Assembly (NCBI GenBank): GCA_041483195.1
Contig: JBGPFC010000031.1
Coordinates: 1-48,850 of the forward strand
DNA: 48,850 nt
Origin: Candidatus Eiseniibacteriota bacterium
GTDB lineage: Bacteria; Eisenbacteria; RBG-16-71-46
Direction: 5' to 3'
Below, in pieces: positions 48,712 through 48,850 of the stretch; the first letter of the stretch is position 1; each line of letters starts with the position of its first letter. Made by a program: the position numbers and the translations under genes. The notes below the pieces were generated by a model. That model was not told the origin of the DNA and made no database searches. It worked only from the letters and a program-made list of their open reading frames with translations.

Positions 48712-48850
48712 TGTCGCAAGTCAGTGATTCTGTCCCCCTAACGCGTCAGTGATTCTGTCACCCCCCGGCTCCGGCCACGGGGGTCGGAGGTTGAGGTTTG
48801 TTGCCGCGTTTGTAGGGGTGGTTGGCCGCGGGTCGACGGATGTTGGTATA
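48712..48850 (-). mobile_element. Probable right end of an IS1202/ISNCY-like insertion sequence, with transposase C-terminus at 48758-48850
   Basis: Terminal TGT; GTCAGTGATTCTGTC repeated at 48720-48734 and 48745-48759; minus-strand frame RRPAANHPYKR...* resembles the PxxxHPW tail of these transposases. Confidence 0.6.

Noticed and set aside
48720..48759. Direct repeats as a CRISPR array
   Set aside because: Only two 15-bp units with a 10-bp spacer and no cas genes; fits IS terminal binding sites

Overview
GC-rich bacterial DNA, densely coding. The TWGAIKSLYR tail, the FlgD-Ig/T9SS-like C-terminal domains and the Hanks kinases suggest Ca. Eisenbacteria or a related FCB-type lineage (inference only). 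From left to right: (1) two MacB-type ABC permeases; (2) an 8-gene minus-strand redox operon (Cyc2-like cytochrome-porin, cupredoxin, GltD/NfnB-type flavo-Fe-S oxidoreductase, Rieske protein, split cytochrome b, octaheme and monoheme cytochromes c), preceded by an 18-bp palindrome and a Cys-rich PAS-LuxR regulator; (3) a GNAT, a two-subunit Mo-hydroxylase, a hybrid histidine kinase and a Ser/Thr kinase-propeller; (4) a signalling block (secreted repeat protein, TPR protein, an unannotated 38-aa NHN peptide, TPR-CHAT protease, membrane kinase, ECF sigma); (5) a secreted PLD-family protein and SemiSWEET; (6) three dispersed ~490-bp cold-shock cassettes that share promoter, structured leader with an internal terminator-like hairpin, cspA and terminator, with unrelated genes between them; (7) MerR with its operator, a GH94 phosphorylase, an aldo-keto reductase, NYN and DUF4388 genes; (8) the probable end of an IS1202/ISNCY-like element at the right edge. 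All calls come from reading motifs by eye; no searches were run.
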